Shown: positions 8,722 to 17,879, numbered from the stretch's first letter. The stretch: 30,878 nucleotides of DNA from Pseudomonadota bacterium (GCA_043825735.1 JBDRRP010000025.1:62001-92878), one strand, 5' to 3'. The notes: generated by a model not told the origin, from the sequence alone. Translations and numbers: made by a program.

Positions 8722-10436
8722 GCCCTCGATATGTACTCGGCATCTGGGATGGTCACGATGCCGGCGCCGCCCTGCTTGACGGTGGTCGCATCGTCATGGC
8801 GATCAATGAAGAGCGCCTCACCCGGCGCAAGCTCGAGGTGGGGTTCCCGTTTCTGAGTGTCCGCGCCTGTCTGGCCAACGCCGGCATCGGCCCTGAATCG
8901 GTCACCACCATCGCCGTTTCCACGAGCGATCCGGCAAAGACGCTCACCCGTCTGGTGCCGGGCCTCAAGGAGGCGTACTACCTTATCCGGCGGCGCAAAA
9001 AAGACCCGGGGCCGCTGGACCGGTTCAAGAAAGGCTTCAAATACAAGTTTACCGAGCTGGCGCCCAACCGGTTATCGGTGGCCTTGAGCCGACTCAACCT
9101 TCACGCCCTGCTTCGAAAGGAAGGATTTCGCCGCTACAGGCTGCACCTTATCGACCACCACCGCGCCCACGCCGAGGCGGCCGCCCGCCTGAGCGGGTTT
9201 CCGCGCTGCCTCGCGCTCACCCTGGACGGGGTCGGTGACGGACTCTGCGGCAGCATTTACACCTATGAAGACAGCCGCCTGAAGCGTATCGCCGCCCTGC
9301 CGTCCAACGCATCACTGGGCATTTTTTTTGAGCACGTCACCAACCTGATGAACATGCGGGAGCTGGAAGACGAGGGCAAGGTCATGGCTCTGGCCAACTA
9401 CGCCTACCCCATCAGCGACAGCGAAAACCCGCTCATGGAAGTGATCCAGTGCCGGGGGCTGTCCCTGGTCTCGCCCCACTCTGTGACCGCCATGTACCGG
9501 CAGATGAAAAAGATCTTCTGGCGCTTTCCCTCGGAGCAGTTCGCCTTCATGGCTCAGCAGGTGGTGGAAAGGCGCGCCATGGCGCTGCTCCAGAACGCAC
9601 TCGCGAAAACCGGCATGGACCGGGTGGCCGTGGCCGGGGGGCTTTTTTCCAATATAAAGTTCAACATGAAAGCGGCCGAGCACCCGTCGGTGAAACAATT
9701 TTTTGTGTTCCCCCACATGGGCGACGGCGGGCTGGCCCTGGGGGCGGCCATCGCCGCAGCCTCCCAGGACCATGGCCAAACCAGTTTCAGCATGGACAAC
9801 CTCTACCTGGGCCCTTCGTACGCAGATACCGACATCCCGGCGCTTCTGGACCGGCACCCGGTGACCTACCGCAGACTGGACGATCCGGCGCGCGTAGCAG
9901 CAGATTGCCTTCTGGCGAACGAAGTCATTCTCTGGTTCCAGGGGGCCATGGAACTGGGGCCCCGCGCCCTGGGAAACCGCAGCATTCTCGCCCGGGCCGA
10001 CAGCGTGGCCATCAAGGACCGGCTCAACATGGCGCTTAAAAAACGGGTCTGGTACCAGCCCTTTTGCCCCAGCATGCTGGAGACCGACGCCCCGGCCCTG
10101 CTGCACACGGAAGACCAGGACACCGCCTGCAACCGGTTCATGACTTCAGGCTTCAGGGTGCGCCGCGAACACCTGGGCACCATGGCCGGCGTCATCAACG
10201 TGGACGGCACCTGCCGGCCCCAGTTCGTGGGAGACGACAATCCGCGCTACAGGGATCTTCTTGGCCACATCAAGAGCGCCCTGGGCTATGGCGTGGTGCT
10301 CAACACCAGCTTCAACATCCACGGCGATCCCATGGTCTGCTCCCCGGAGGATGCGCTGGATACGCTGTTTCGAACGGGCGTGCGGCACCTGTTTTTGGAG
10401 GACTATCTGGTTGAAAACCCGAATGCTCGGGATTAG
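8718..10436 (+). CDS. Carbamoyltransferase, NodU/CmcH/TobZ family
   Basis: GTG 8718 overlaps the upstream TGA. VLGIWDGHDAGAAL, EERLTRRK, DHHRAHA, DGVGD, EGKVMALA, GPRALGNRSIL, PFCPS, DGTCRPQ and LNTSFNIHGDP motifs. Confidence 0.92.
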   Translation: MSPRYVLGIWDGHDAGAALLDGGRIVMAINEERLTRRKLEVGFPFLSVRACLANAGIGPESVTTIAVSTSDPAKTLTRLVPGLKEAYYLIRRRKKDPGPLDRFKKGFKYKFTELAPNRLSVALSRLNLHALLRKEGFRRYRLHLIDHHRAHAEAAARLSGFPRCLALTLDGVGDGLCGSIYTYEDSRLKRIAALPSNASLGIFFEHVTNLMNMRELEDEGKVMALANYAYPISDSENPLMEVIQCRGLSLVSPHSVTAMYRQMKKIFWRFPSEQFAFMAQQVVERRAMALLQNALAKTGMDRVAVAGGLFSNIKFNMKAAEHPSVKQFFVFPHMGDGGLALGAAIAAASQDHGQTSFSMDNLYLGPSYADTDIPALLDRHPVTYRRLDDPARVAADCLLANEVILWFQGAMELGPRALGNRSILARADSVAIKDRLNMALKKRVWYQPFCPSMLETDAPALLHTEDQDTACNRFMTSGFRVRREHLGTMAGVINVDGTCRPQFVGDDNPRYRDLLGHIKSALGYGVVLNTSFNIHGDPMVCSPEDALDTLFRTGVRHLFLEDYLVENPNARD

Positions 10437-10555
10437 CCGCAGATGAAAAGGTGGGGAAAATCCTAAAAACAACTGCAAGGGCGAATTAACCGCAGATTAC
10501 ACGGATTACGCGGATGGACGGCGTGCGGCCGGAGGGCGCCTGTGCGGCGCTTAAA
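10431..10555 (+). repeat. Left repeat block of GxxExxY cassette 1
   Basis: AACTGCAA box, 9-mer arm ATTAACCGCAGATTACACGGATTACGCGGAT (10485-10515), and degenerate GC hairpins. Confidence 0.85.
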
Positions 10556-10578
10556 TCGGTTAACATGCTGATAATAAA

Positions 10579-10959
10579 ATGAATTTAAATGCAGTGACAT
10601 ACGCGATCAATGGTGCCATTTTTGCTGTTCACTCGACGCTTGGCGCGGGCTTCCTGGAAAAAGTATACGAAAATGCGTTGATGATAGAGTTGAAAAACAG
10701 ATCTCTTGATGCCGAAAACCAAGTGCCGTTGACTGTTCAATATCAAGGGCAGCCAGTTGGAGAGTACTTTGCTGATATCGTCGTCAATAATCAAGTCATC
10801 CTTGAAATCAAGGCTGTCATACGAATAGACAAAATTCATGAAGCACAATTGCTCAACTACCTGAAAGCCAGCGGGTTTCAAGTGGGGTTGTTGGTAAATT
10901 TCAACGCTGTAAAGGCTGATATCCGCAGATTTGTAATGACACCAGACAATAGCATTTAA
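10579..10959 (+). CDS. GxxExxY protein (PD-(D/E)XK-like putative nuclease)
   Basis: LGAGFLEKVYENAL, ADIVV, ILEIKA, AQLLNYLKASG...GLLVNF. AT-rich relative to neighbouring genes. Confidence 0.93.
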   Translation: MNLNAVTYAINGAIFAVHSTLGAGFLEKVYENALMIELKNRSLDAENQVPLTVQYQGQPVGEYFADIVVNNQVILEIKAVIRIDKIHEAQLLNYLKASGFQVGLLVNFNAVKADIRRFVMTPDNSI

Positions 10960-10976
10960 CGTTTTTGACTTTTAAT

Positions 10977-11075
10977 ATCCGCGTAATCTGCGTAATCTGC
11001 GGTTAATCTTGCAGTTTTTTTTAACTTTTATTATCCGCGTAATCTGCGGTTAATTATGCAGTTGCAGTTGGTTTT
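10977..11075 (-). repeat. Right, inverted repeat block of GxxExxY cassette 1
   Basis: 10977-11007 is the reverse complement of 10485-10515 (29/31). Second arm at 11033-11054. TTGCAGTT-type boxes. Confidence 0.88.
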
Positions 11076-11131
11076 TGGCTTTTTGTCATTTTTTTAAACC
11101 ATCAGCGGTTCATCCTTATAAATGATGCCTC

Positions 11132-12844
11132 ATGATAACAAGCGCATATAAACACAGACTGTTTCCACTGGTGATACTGGCGCTGCATCTCGCGCTGTTG
11201 GGAGTGGTGGTCTATTTTATGGACTACCGCGAGAAACCGGCCATCGAGGAGCTGCTGCAGACGTGGATCGTCCGGGGGCTGGGGCTCAATTTTTTTCTTA
11301 TCCTTGTGGCAGCCCTTTTCTGTCTTAGAGATATCCGGCGGGCGTTTTCCGGGTTAAAACGCCTGACAGCCGTCTGGCTGGCCGTCATCACGGTGGGCGG
11401 CATCCTGCTCTGCGCGTTGATGGTACCCACCGAGCACCGGATCTACTATGACGAAGACATTTACGCCAATATCGGCCAGAACATCGCGCTGTCCGGCAAG
11501 AGCGCCATGTGCAATTACGGCACATTCGAATACGGGGAGTACACGCCCCTCTGGCTTATGTACAACAAGGAGCCCAGCGGCTGGCCCTATCTCGTGAGTC
11601 TCGTCTTCAGGATTTTCGGCACCCATGAAGAAGCCATTTTCCGTTTGAACAACATCTTCTTCGGCGGGGCCATTCTGATCTGTTTTTTTCTGATCCGCCT
11701 CATTGCCCGCGATGACCGTTCGGCGCTTTTAGGCGCACTGGCATTTGCCCTCATCCCCCACAATCTTATCTGGTCCAACACGATGGCAGTGGAACCCTCG
11801 GCCATGCTGCTGGCAGGACTGTGCGTCCTGACAGCGGCCGCCTTCTTTCGGGACGGCCGGGATCGCCATTTTCTACTGCTGGCAGTACTGCTGCCGTTTG
11901 CCTCCCAGATCCGGCCGGAAGGACTTCTCATTGTACCGATCGTAATGGGGGCGTTTGCCGTGTTCAAACCACAGCTTTTCACTCAGCGCAAACTGTGGAT
12001 GCTGGCCGTGCTGATTCACCTTTTCCTTTTGCCTCACCTGCTCCACCTCTATGCGGTGAGCGGCCATGACTGGGGGGCCGGGGGCGCCAAGTTTTCAACC
12101 AGTTTTTTTTCACCCAATCTCTCGGTAAACGCTCCCTATTTTACCGTAAACCGTGAATTTCCGGTGATCGTTACGCTGCTGTCTCTGGTGGGCCTTGTAT
12201 GGGGAACCGCTAACGGACGCTGGCGCCTCGTCATGGCAGTGTGGTTTCTCGCATTCTGGGGAATTTTTCTATTCTTTTATGCGGGGAGCTACCATTATGG
12301 TGCCGACGACCGTTTCGCGCTGTTGGTGTTTTTACCGATGGCCGTGCTCGCCGGCATCGGCGCCGCTCGAGTGATCGCAGCCGTTGGAATGAAAGATCGC
12401 CAGCGCGGCCGCTGGGCCCTCGGGGTTTTACTGATACTGATATTTTTTGGTACCACCCGGTTTTTCCCCATGGTTCGAGCCGAAGGCCAGGAGGCCTGGG
12501 CCGCCCGGTACGATCATAAGTACGCCCGCCAATTCATCGGCCAGATTCCCGATCGCTCGATGGTGGTATCCCATGTGCCCGTCATGTTTCTTCTCTGGGG
12601 GCATAACGCCATCCAGTCCTTTGCGGCCGTCAACGAGCCCAAACTCATGGACAAACTCTTTGAGCGCTACCGCGGACACGTGTACTTTCACCGCAACTAC
12701 TGGTGTCATGCCGAGGTCATTTCTTCGAACCGCATCTGCGCGGAAATCGAACGATTGTACGACCTGACCCCGGTAGTCACTGCCCAGGAGCAGGATTTTG
12801 AGTACGGTTTATTTCAAATGAGGAAAAAAGCCGGCACGCCTTGA
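11132..12844 (+). CDS. Polytopic GT-C glycosyltransferase (PMT/ArnT-like)
   Basis: Many TM segments; YYDEDIY acidic motif in the first periplasmic loop; KEPSGWP, VEP, IRPE and DRF motifs; soluble C-terminal domain. Confidence 0.75.
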   Translation: MITSAYKHRLFPLVILALHLALLGVVVYFMDYREKPAIEELLQTWIVRGLGLNFFLILVAALFCLRDIRRAFSGLKRLTAVWLAVITVGGILLCALMVPTEHRIYYDEDIYANIGQNIALSGKSAMCNYGTFEYGEYTPLWLMYNKEPSGWPYLVSLVFRIFGTHEEAIFRLNNIFFGGAILICFFLIRLIARDDRSALLGALAFALIPHNLIWSNTMAVEPSAMLLAGLCVLTAAAFFRDGRDRHFLLLAVLLPFASQIRPEGLLIVPIVMGAFAVFKPQLFTQRKLWMLAVLIHLFLLPHLLHLYAVSGHDWGAGGAKFSTSFFSPNLSVNAPYFTVNREFPVIVTLLSLVGLVWGTANGRWRLVMAVWFLAFWGIFLFFYAGSYHYGADDRFALLVFLPMAVLAGIGAARVIAAVGMKDRQRGRWALGVLLILIFFGTTRFFPMVRAEGQEAWAARYDHKYARQFIGQIPDRSMVVSHVPVMFLLWGHNAIQSFAAVNEPKLMDKLFERYRGHVYFHRNYWCHAEVISSNRICAEIERLYDLTPVVTAQEQDFEYGLFQMRKKAGTP

Positions 12845-12855
12845 GGGGATGCTGG

Positions 12856-13138
12856 CGGGCGGCCTTTGACCGGAAAAGCAACTACAATTTATCCACAGAT
12901 TGCGCCTACACGGCTTAAAAGCGACACAGATTAACACAGATTAAAAGCATGGGGTGGCGGCCTTCCACCTTCGCCAAGGCTACGGCGGACAGGTCGGCCG
13001 AAAGGCAACTGCAAAAGATTTTTGGCACGGATTACGCAGATTACACGGTAAATAAGTTTAACGGCGCCTTCAGCGCCTTTAACCGCGTAATCCGCGTCGC
13101 TTTTTAAGCCGTGTAGGCGCAAATCCGTGCCAAAAAAG
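12856..13138. repeat. Composite repeat array upstream of TA1
   Basis: Hairpin-box-arm units, 22-nt insert (12904-12925), 30-nt insert (12964-12993), palindromic unit TTGGCACGGATT...AATCCGTGCCAA (~13021-13133). Confidence 0.9.
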
Positions 13139-13152
13139 ATTTTCCTGATTTC

Positions 13153-13186
13153 TTGACAGACTTAGTCCACCAACATAAACTAAGTC
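13153..13186 (+). promoter_or_regulatory. Sigma70-like promoter with overlapping operator for TA1
   Basis: TTGACA-N17-TAAACT (13153-13181). Inverted repeat GACTTAGT (13159-13166) / ACTAAGTC (13179-13186). Confidence 0.75.
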
Positions 13187-13214
13187 AAAAAACAACTCGT
13201 AAGCGAGGTGCGAG

Positions 13215-13463
13215 ATGCGAACCATCAATATCCATGAAGCCAAGACACACCTGTCGCGTCTGGTCGAGGAGGCGGCAAAAGGCAATGCCTTCATCATCGC
13301 CAAGGCAGGTAAGCCTATGGTCAAGGTGGCGCCGATATCCGAAGCTGATGTCAAAAGCGCTGAAAAACTGGGATTCATGGCCGGTGAAATATCCGTGCCG
13401 GACGATTTTGACGCACTTGGCGTTGCTGAAATTGTGGGGATCTTCGAAGGGGACGCACCGTGA
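13215..13463 (+). CDS. Phd/YefM-family antitoxin (TA1)
   Basis: MRTINIHEAKTHLSRLVEEAAKG..FIIAKAGKP signature; GTGA overlap with the toxin. Confidence 0.92.
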   Translation: MRTINIHEAKTHLSRLVEEAAKGNAFIIAKAGKPMVKVAPISEADVKSAEKLGFMAGEISVPDDFDALGVAEIVGIFEGDAP

Positions 13464-13846
13464 AGCTCCTGCTGGACACGCACATCCTCCTGTGGGCTGC
13501 CGGGCAATCGGAAAAACTCTCAGAGTCGATTCGCTCCCTTTTGTCGGCACCCGAGAACAGTCTAAATTTCAGTGCGGCAAACATCTGGGAGATCGTCATC
13601 AAGCTGGGACTTGGGCGTGAAGATTTTAAGGTCGATCCCTACCGCTTGCGAAAGATGCTCGTTGTGCATGGATATACCGAATTGCCGATAACCGCCGAGC
13701 ATGCCTTGATGGTCGATACACTGCCGTTGCTTCATAAAGACCCCTTTGACCGATTGTTGATTGCACAGGCCCGTTCAGAAGGGATGCTACTGGTTACCGC
13801 CGATACTGCCGTTGCTCAATATCAGGAATCGGTGCTGGCGGTTTAA
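13460..13846 (+). CDS. vapC: VapC PIN-domain toxin (TA1)
   Basis: LLLDTHILLW, SAANIWEI, HKDPFDRLLIAQA and LVTAD motifs. Confidence 0.93.
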   Translation: MKLLLDTHILLWAAGQSEKLSESIRSLLSAPENSLNFSAANIWEIVIKLGLGREDFKVDPYRLRKMLVVHGYTELPITAEHALMVDTLPLLHKDPFDRLLIAQARSEGMLLVTADTAVAQYQESVLAV

Positions 13847-13859
13847 CTACGCAGGGCAC

Positions 13860-14160
13860 ACCCACCACATAGAGAATTAGCCGCGGAGAAAGATTAGCGG
13901 CCTGCGGCCGAAGAGCAACTGCAACGGCTTAATGGCACGGATGGCGCCTACACGGCTTAAAAAGCGACGCGGATTACGCAGTTGAAAAATATTTCAGCGC
14001 CTACGGCGCTTTAATCCGCGTAATCCGTGTAATCCGTGCCAAAAAGAGGTTCTCCCGCCCCCGGCGGGCAGTTAACGCAGTGCCCAGTACTTTAATCCGA
14101 TCCAAACGATCTTAACGCTCTAAACGATCCTAACGATCCTAACGATCCAAACGAACCCCA
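13860..14160. repeat. Composite repeat array downstream of TA1
   Basis: CGGCC-TGC-GGCCG plus GCAACTGCAA; palindromic unit TGGCACGGAT...ATCCGTGCCAA with central AGCGCC-TAC-GGCGCT; 23-nt insert 13946-13968; about six AACGATCYN units at 14105-14158. Confidence 0.9.
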
Positions 14161-14169
14161 AAGACCAAA

Positions 14170-15009
14170 ATGAAAAAGATCTTTGCCATTAACCTGGCCA
14201 TATTAACGGTAATTCTGGGCCTTGCCCTCTCGACATCGTCAGCGGCAACCATAGTCCCTGGCATTGACATCGATCATGCCTTGAGGCCGGATGGCACGCT
14301 GACGATCGAGGCCTACCTGTCCAACGAAGGGGATGTACCATTGCACCATGCCACGGCAACGATTTTCTTTGCCGACCAGGCATCCCGCTCCGGAGATCTG
14401 GGAAACTGCCGTCCCGAAAACGAGGTGGCGTTCACGGCATCGTTTGGTGCGGACCAAGTGACGCCCGGAGATTACATGGCCATGGTCCGGTTCAACTACG
14501 AAGAGCCCTCCGGACGAACGCACCGCTCGTTTCACACGCAACTGATCCGCATCCCGGGTGGTGATAATGTCAACGTGAAGACCCTTTTGGAATCCGCAGC
14601 CCAAGTGCCCACGTTCAATACCAAGGCATTCTGGAAAAATGAAGACCATCTCCGGCTTGTGCTGAAAAACGGCCACAAGCAGCCCATCACCCCGCATATT
14701 GTCTTCTATCTGCCCAACGCCATCTTCGCCCCCCACGACACGCTGCGCCCGACGCTGACGCCGGGAGAAAACGCTACCATCGATATCCCGCTGGTCTACA
14801 CCGGTGAGTTTCAAAACGGCGGGGCGTTTATCGCCGTGGCCCAGTACGAACTGGACGGCCGGCACTATGCCATGACTATCCGGGGCGATGTCATGGTGAT
14901 CAGCAAACCGGTGCTTTTCAAGGGATATGTCATTGCTTCGCTGCTGATCTTCATCTTCGCCGGGGCGTTTTTTATGCGACAACCGAAGGTCAAAAGCGAA
15001 GCAATTTGA
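14170..15009 (+). CDS. Secreted protein with two beta-rich (Ig-like?) domains and a C-terminal membrane anchor
   Basis: Signal peptide, two beta-strand-rich halves (LSNEGD, LKNGHK), C-terminal TM helix followed by basic residues. Function unknown. Confidence 0.7.
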   Translation: MKKIFAINLAILTVILGLALSTSSAATIVPGIDIDHALRPDGTLTIEAYLSNEGDVPLHHATATIFFADQASRSGDLGNCRPENEVAFTASFGADQVTPGDYMAMVRFNYEEPSGRTHRSFHTQLIRIPGGDNVNVKTLLESAAQVPTFNTKAFWKNEDHLRLVLKNGHKQPITPHIVFYLPNAIFAPHDTLRPTLTPGENATIDIPLVYTGEFQNGGAFIAVAQYELDGRHYAMTIRGDVMVISKPVLFKGYVIASLLIFIFAGAFFMRQPKVKSEAI

Positions 15010-15547
15010 CAGGATTAACAGGATTAACAGGATAGTGGCGGCCTTCCACCTTCGCCAAGGCTACGGCGGACAGGTCGGCCGGAAAGCAACTGCAAAAGAT
15101 TGTTGGCACGGATTACGCGGATAGTGATTGGCGGCCTGCGGCCGAAGGGCAACTGCAAAGAGATTTGACAGGATTAACAGGATAGACAAGATAAAGGCGG
15201 CCTTCCACCTTCGCTAAGGCTACGGCGGACAAGTCGGCGGACAAGACGGCGGATAAGTCGGCCGGAGGTCTTATTGGGCAGGCAACAGAGGGCAAATAAC
15301 AGAGAACCGATAACGGGCTCTTAAATCTTCACTTTTTACTATTCACAATTCACTGTTCACTGCTTTTCCCCCGGCGACCCGATTCGGACAGAACTTGGCG
15401 CTCTTCGCGTCCTTTGAGGTTCAATGTATTTGCAGTTTGCTTTTTTCTGTCATCTGACCTTCTGACATCTGACCTCCGATCTTCGCGGTTCAATGCCTTG
15501 CTTTTGGCTGCCATCTGCTTGCCCGCCATAGCTTTAGCGAAGGAGGG
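15005..15547. repeat. Composite repeat array between convergent genes
   Basis: Three arm-hairpin units in series (15005-15267), the first two followed by the box; three 30-nt elements; TTCAC, CTTCGCG and TCTGAC arms; ends exactly at the vapC stop (15548). Confidence 0.9.
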
Positions 15548-15967
15548 TTATCTCCCACCGTTGGTCCCTATCCATTGAATCTCAACCAGGTGGGAGACGG
15601 ACTGAAACTCGGGATCACCGGTAACGAGCACGGCCGAATGGTCAATGGCACATGCTAAGGCGAAGCTGTCTGCGTAGGAAAGCGGGTATTGGGCTTTGAA
15701 GTCAGCCGCTTTAAAAACCAGATCGTTTGGCACCGGCAGCAGGGTAACTCCCAACTGGTATATGCGGGACAATATTTCGAGCTTTTTTTCGTCTCCAAAG
15801 CGTCTCTTGGTCAGGTATATGATTTCCCCAAGGTTGATCATGCACATCAACCGATCAAGATCGTGCTTCAGGCACTTTCGAAGAATCTCCGCGACGGTTT
15901 CCGCCCCGCTTTCGTTTTGAAAGAATGCCAACAGGGCATGGCTGTCAAAAAGGTAGCCGGTTGCCAT
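15548..15967 (-). CDS. vapC: VapC PIN-domain toxin (TA2)
   Basis: Start moved to ATG 15967. YLFDSHALLAF, NLGEI, LSYADSFALA and LVTGDPEF motifs. Confidence 0.9.
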   Translation of the reverse strand: MATGYLFDSHALLAFFQNESGAETVAEILRKCLKHDLDRLMCMINLGEIIYLTKRRFGDEKKLEILSRIYQLGVTLLPVPNDLVFKAADFKAQYPLSYADSFALACAIDHSAVLVTGDPEFQSVSHLVEIQWIGTNGGR

Positions 15968-15969
15968 GG

Positions 15970-16194
15970 TTATGCATCTTTCCGGCGCTCTTTGAGCAGT
16001 TCTGCCGACAAGGAGGGTGCACGGGGGAGGCATCCCATAGCGCTTTGCACCGCATCCTCAGAAGGCGGTACCAGATAGATGAGGTTGCCGTATTCGAATA
16101 TCTGTATGGGCATACCCGGCCCGATCTTGTATTTTTTTCGAATTGCAGCCGGTATGACGATTTGTCCCTTGGCAAGCACTTTGACGGTTTCCAT
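15970..16194 (-). CDS. AbrB/MazE/SpoVT-type antitoxin (TA2)
   Basis: VKVLAKGQIVIPAAIRKKYKIGPG; lies directly upstream of the PIN toxin. Confidence 0.9.
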   Translation of the reverse strand: METVKVLAKGQIVIPAAIRKKYKIGPGMPIQIFEYGNLIYLVPPSEDAVQSAMGCLPRAPSLSAELLKERRKDA

Positions 16195-16228
16195 TGTCGC
16201 CCCCCAATAGAGTTAAACATTTTTTGAA

Positions 16229-16257
16229 AAGATATAACGTTTTGGGCATACCGTCAA
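16229..16257 (-). promoter_or_regulatory. Sigma70-like promoter for TA2
   Basis: TTGACG-N17-TATCTT on the minus strand. Confidence 0.55.
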
Positions 16258-16420
16258 ACTTATTGTGAAATAGGGCCGAAGGGTAACTGCAGAATGGGGC
16301 GCAGAGAAAAATGATTTGGGCGCTACGCGCGGAACAACAAAAACAGTCATAAAACCCCAGTGAAAAGTTAAAAGTGAAAAATATGTGTCATGGTTATGCA
16401 TTTACCTTTTCACTTATAAT

Positions 16421-16576
16421 TATTGTTCATCCGTGGGAAGCTTCTTGCTCCCTCTCCCTTGATGAGAGGGCTGGGGTGAGGGTGACAACCCACCGATAAC
16501 AAGAGATCATCTTATGCGGACCGCCCCCTCCCCTGGCCCCTCCCGCAAGGGGAGGGGTATTTATGTATGGACAATA
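16421..16576. mobile_element. MITE-like element, copy 2 (~156 bp)
   Basis: Colinear with 1581-1727. Ends TATTGTTCATCC / GTATGGACAATA (10/12 inverted). Confidence 0.75.
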
Positions 16577-16597
16577 ACTATTCACTTTTCGCTGCTT

Positions 16598-16723
16598 TTC
16601 TAACGCTCTTAATGCGCCGCAGGCGCCTAACCCGGAACCTGGAACGCCGTGCAGCGGCCAGAACGCGACCTCCGGTCGCCCGAACGCCGCGCAGCGGCCT
16701 GAACCCGCCGCAGGCGCGCGCCC
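16598..16723. repeat. GAAC-linked mini-hairpin array, inverted partner of 20152-20258
   Basis: GCGCC-GCA-GGCGC, GCGACC-TCC-GGTCGC and GCCGC-GCA-GCGGC separated by GAAC; abuts the stop at 16724. Confidence 0.85.
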
Positions 16724-17782
16724 CTAAATCAGTCCCCGCCGTTTTGCCATTCTTGTCACGACAATCGAATAGATGATCTGAAAAATCAGAAACGGCAGGA
16801 ACACGAGGACGCGGGGGTTGTCGGGAATGGTGATCATCCATAGGGCACCGAAACCCTGGACGGCGCAGATGCCCCAGTAAATCAGGCTGACCTGGGTGTG
16901 GGAGAGACCCATCTGGTTGATGAGCTGGTAAAAGTGGGTGCGGTGGGCTTCAAACACGTTGTCGCCGCTGACGAATCGCCGGATGAAGGTAAACAGCGTT
17001 TCATAGATAAAATGAAACAGCAGCAGCGGCATCACGAACAATGAAGTATGGGCGTGGTCGTAAAGGGCGGCCACGATGGCGAGCGTCGCAAATACAAAGC
17101 CTAAAAATGCACTGCCCACATCCCCCATGAACAGTGTGGCCCTGGGGAAATTGAACATTAGAAACCCCAAGGCGCCGGCACAAATGGAATAAGTGATGAG
17201 ATAGGCGAAATTGCTCCCATGCCGGTAGCTGATATAGCTGAAAAAAACGCAGACAATCACTGCCGTGCCACCGGCCATGCCGTTCAGACCGTCCATGAAA
17301 TTGAATGCGTTGGTGAGCCCCATGATCCACAGGAAGGTGACGATCAGACCGATGAGGCCCAGCGGCACTTTCCCCAGCCACGGCAGCGTGATCTCGTGGA
17401 TGACGATGCCGAACGCCATGATGGATAAGGCCGCAATACTCTGTGCTGTCAGCCGCATTTTAAGGGATGAACTGATGATGCCCAGATCATCCAGCAGCGA
17501 CACGATGGCAATGACCACTGCCGAGACGGCGAACCCGATGAGGATCGGCCAGTCTACCAAGGTTTCTTTACCCAGTATGGCAATGGCAGCCACGCCGATG
17601 ACAAATGTGACGACAATGGCAATGCCCCCGCTCTTTGGGGTCGGTTTGCTGTGGGAGGAGCGCTTGTTGGGCACATCCATGATAAAGGCACAACGGGAGA
17701 TGTACCGGCAGATGCCGGCAGAGATCAAAAACAGCACGAAGCCGTAAAGCAGGTGCGTGATGAATGCAGATGACGTAATCAT
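16724..17782 (-). CDS. MraY/WecA/WbpL-family undecaprenyl-phosphate N-acetylhexosamine-1-phosphate transferase
   Basis: DVPNKRSSHSKPTPKSGGIAI, LLDD, NAFNFMDGLNG, LFMGDVGS and AHRTHFYQ motifs. Start 17782 preferred because the ORF-track start 17815 lies inside a terminator hairpin. Confidence 0.9.
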   Translation of the reverse strand: MITSSAFITHLLYGFVLFLISAGICRYISRCAFIMDVPNKRSSHSKPTPKSGGIAIVVTFVIGVAAIAILGKETLVDWPILIGFAVSAVVIAIVSLLDDLGIISSSLKMRLTAQSIAALSIMAFGIVIHEITLPWLGKVPLGLIGLIVTFLWIMGLTNAFNFMDGLNGMAGGTAVIVCVFFSYISYRHGSNFAYLITYSICAGALGFLMFNFPRATLFMGDVGSAFLGFVFATLAIVAALYDHAHTSLFVMPLLLFHFIYETLFTFIRRFVSGDNVFEAHRTHFYQLINQMGLSHTQVSLIYWGICAVQGFGALWMITIPDNPRVLVFLPFLIFQIIYSIVVTRMAKRRGLI

Positions 17783-17805
17783 GGAGTCGTGGTATTCCTT
17801 CAAAT

Positions 17806-17839
17806 AAAAAAGCACCCTGCAAAGGAGCTTGCAGAGTGC
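17806..17839 (-). terminator. Intrinsic terminator immediately upstream of the WecA-like gene
   Basis: Minus strand reads GCACTCTGCAAG-CTCC-TTTGCAGGGTGC-TTTTTT. Confidence 0.65.
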
Positions 17840-17879
17840 CTGTTCTTACGGAAAAACTAGTGTTAAATCAAGGCTTTTA

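Noticed and set aside
10954..13847. Integron attC sites (ATTTAAC and GTTTAAC overlap the GxxExxY-1 and vapC stops)
   Set aside because: No matching GTTRRRY R' box with L boxes was found downstream by eye, and there is no integrase in the window.
15005..15267. CRISPR array (constant repeat alternating with variable spacers)
   Set aside because: Repeats are degenerate, spacing is irregular, the spacers are themselves tandem repeats reused across blocks, and there are no cas genes.
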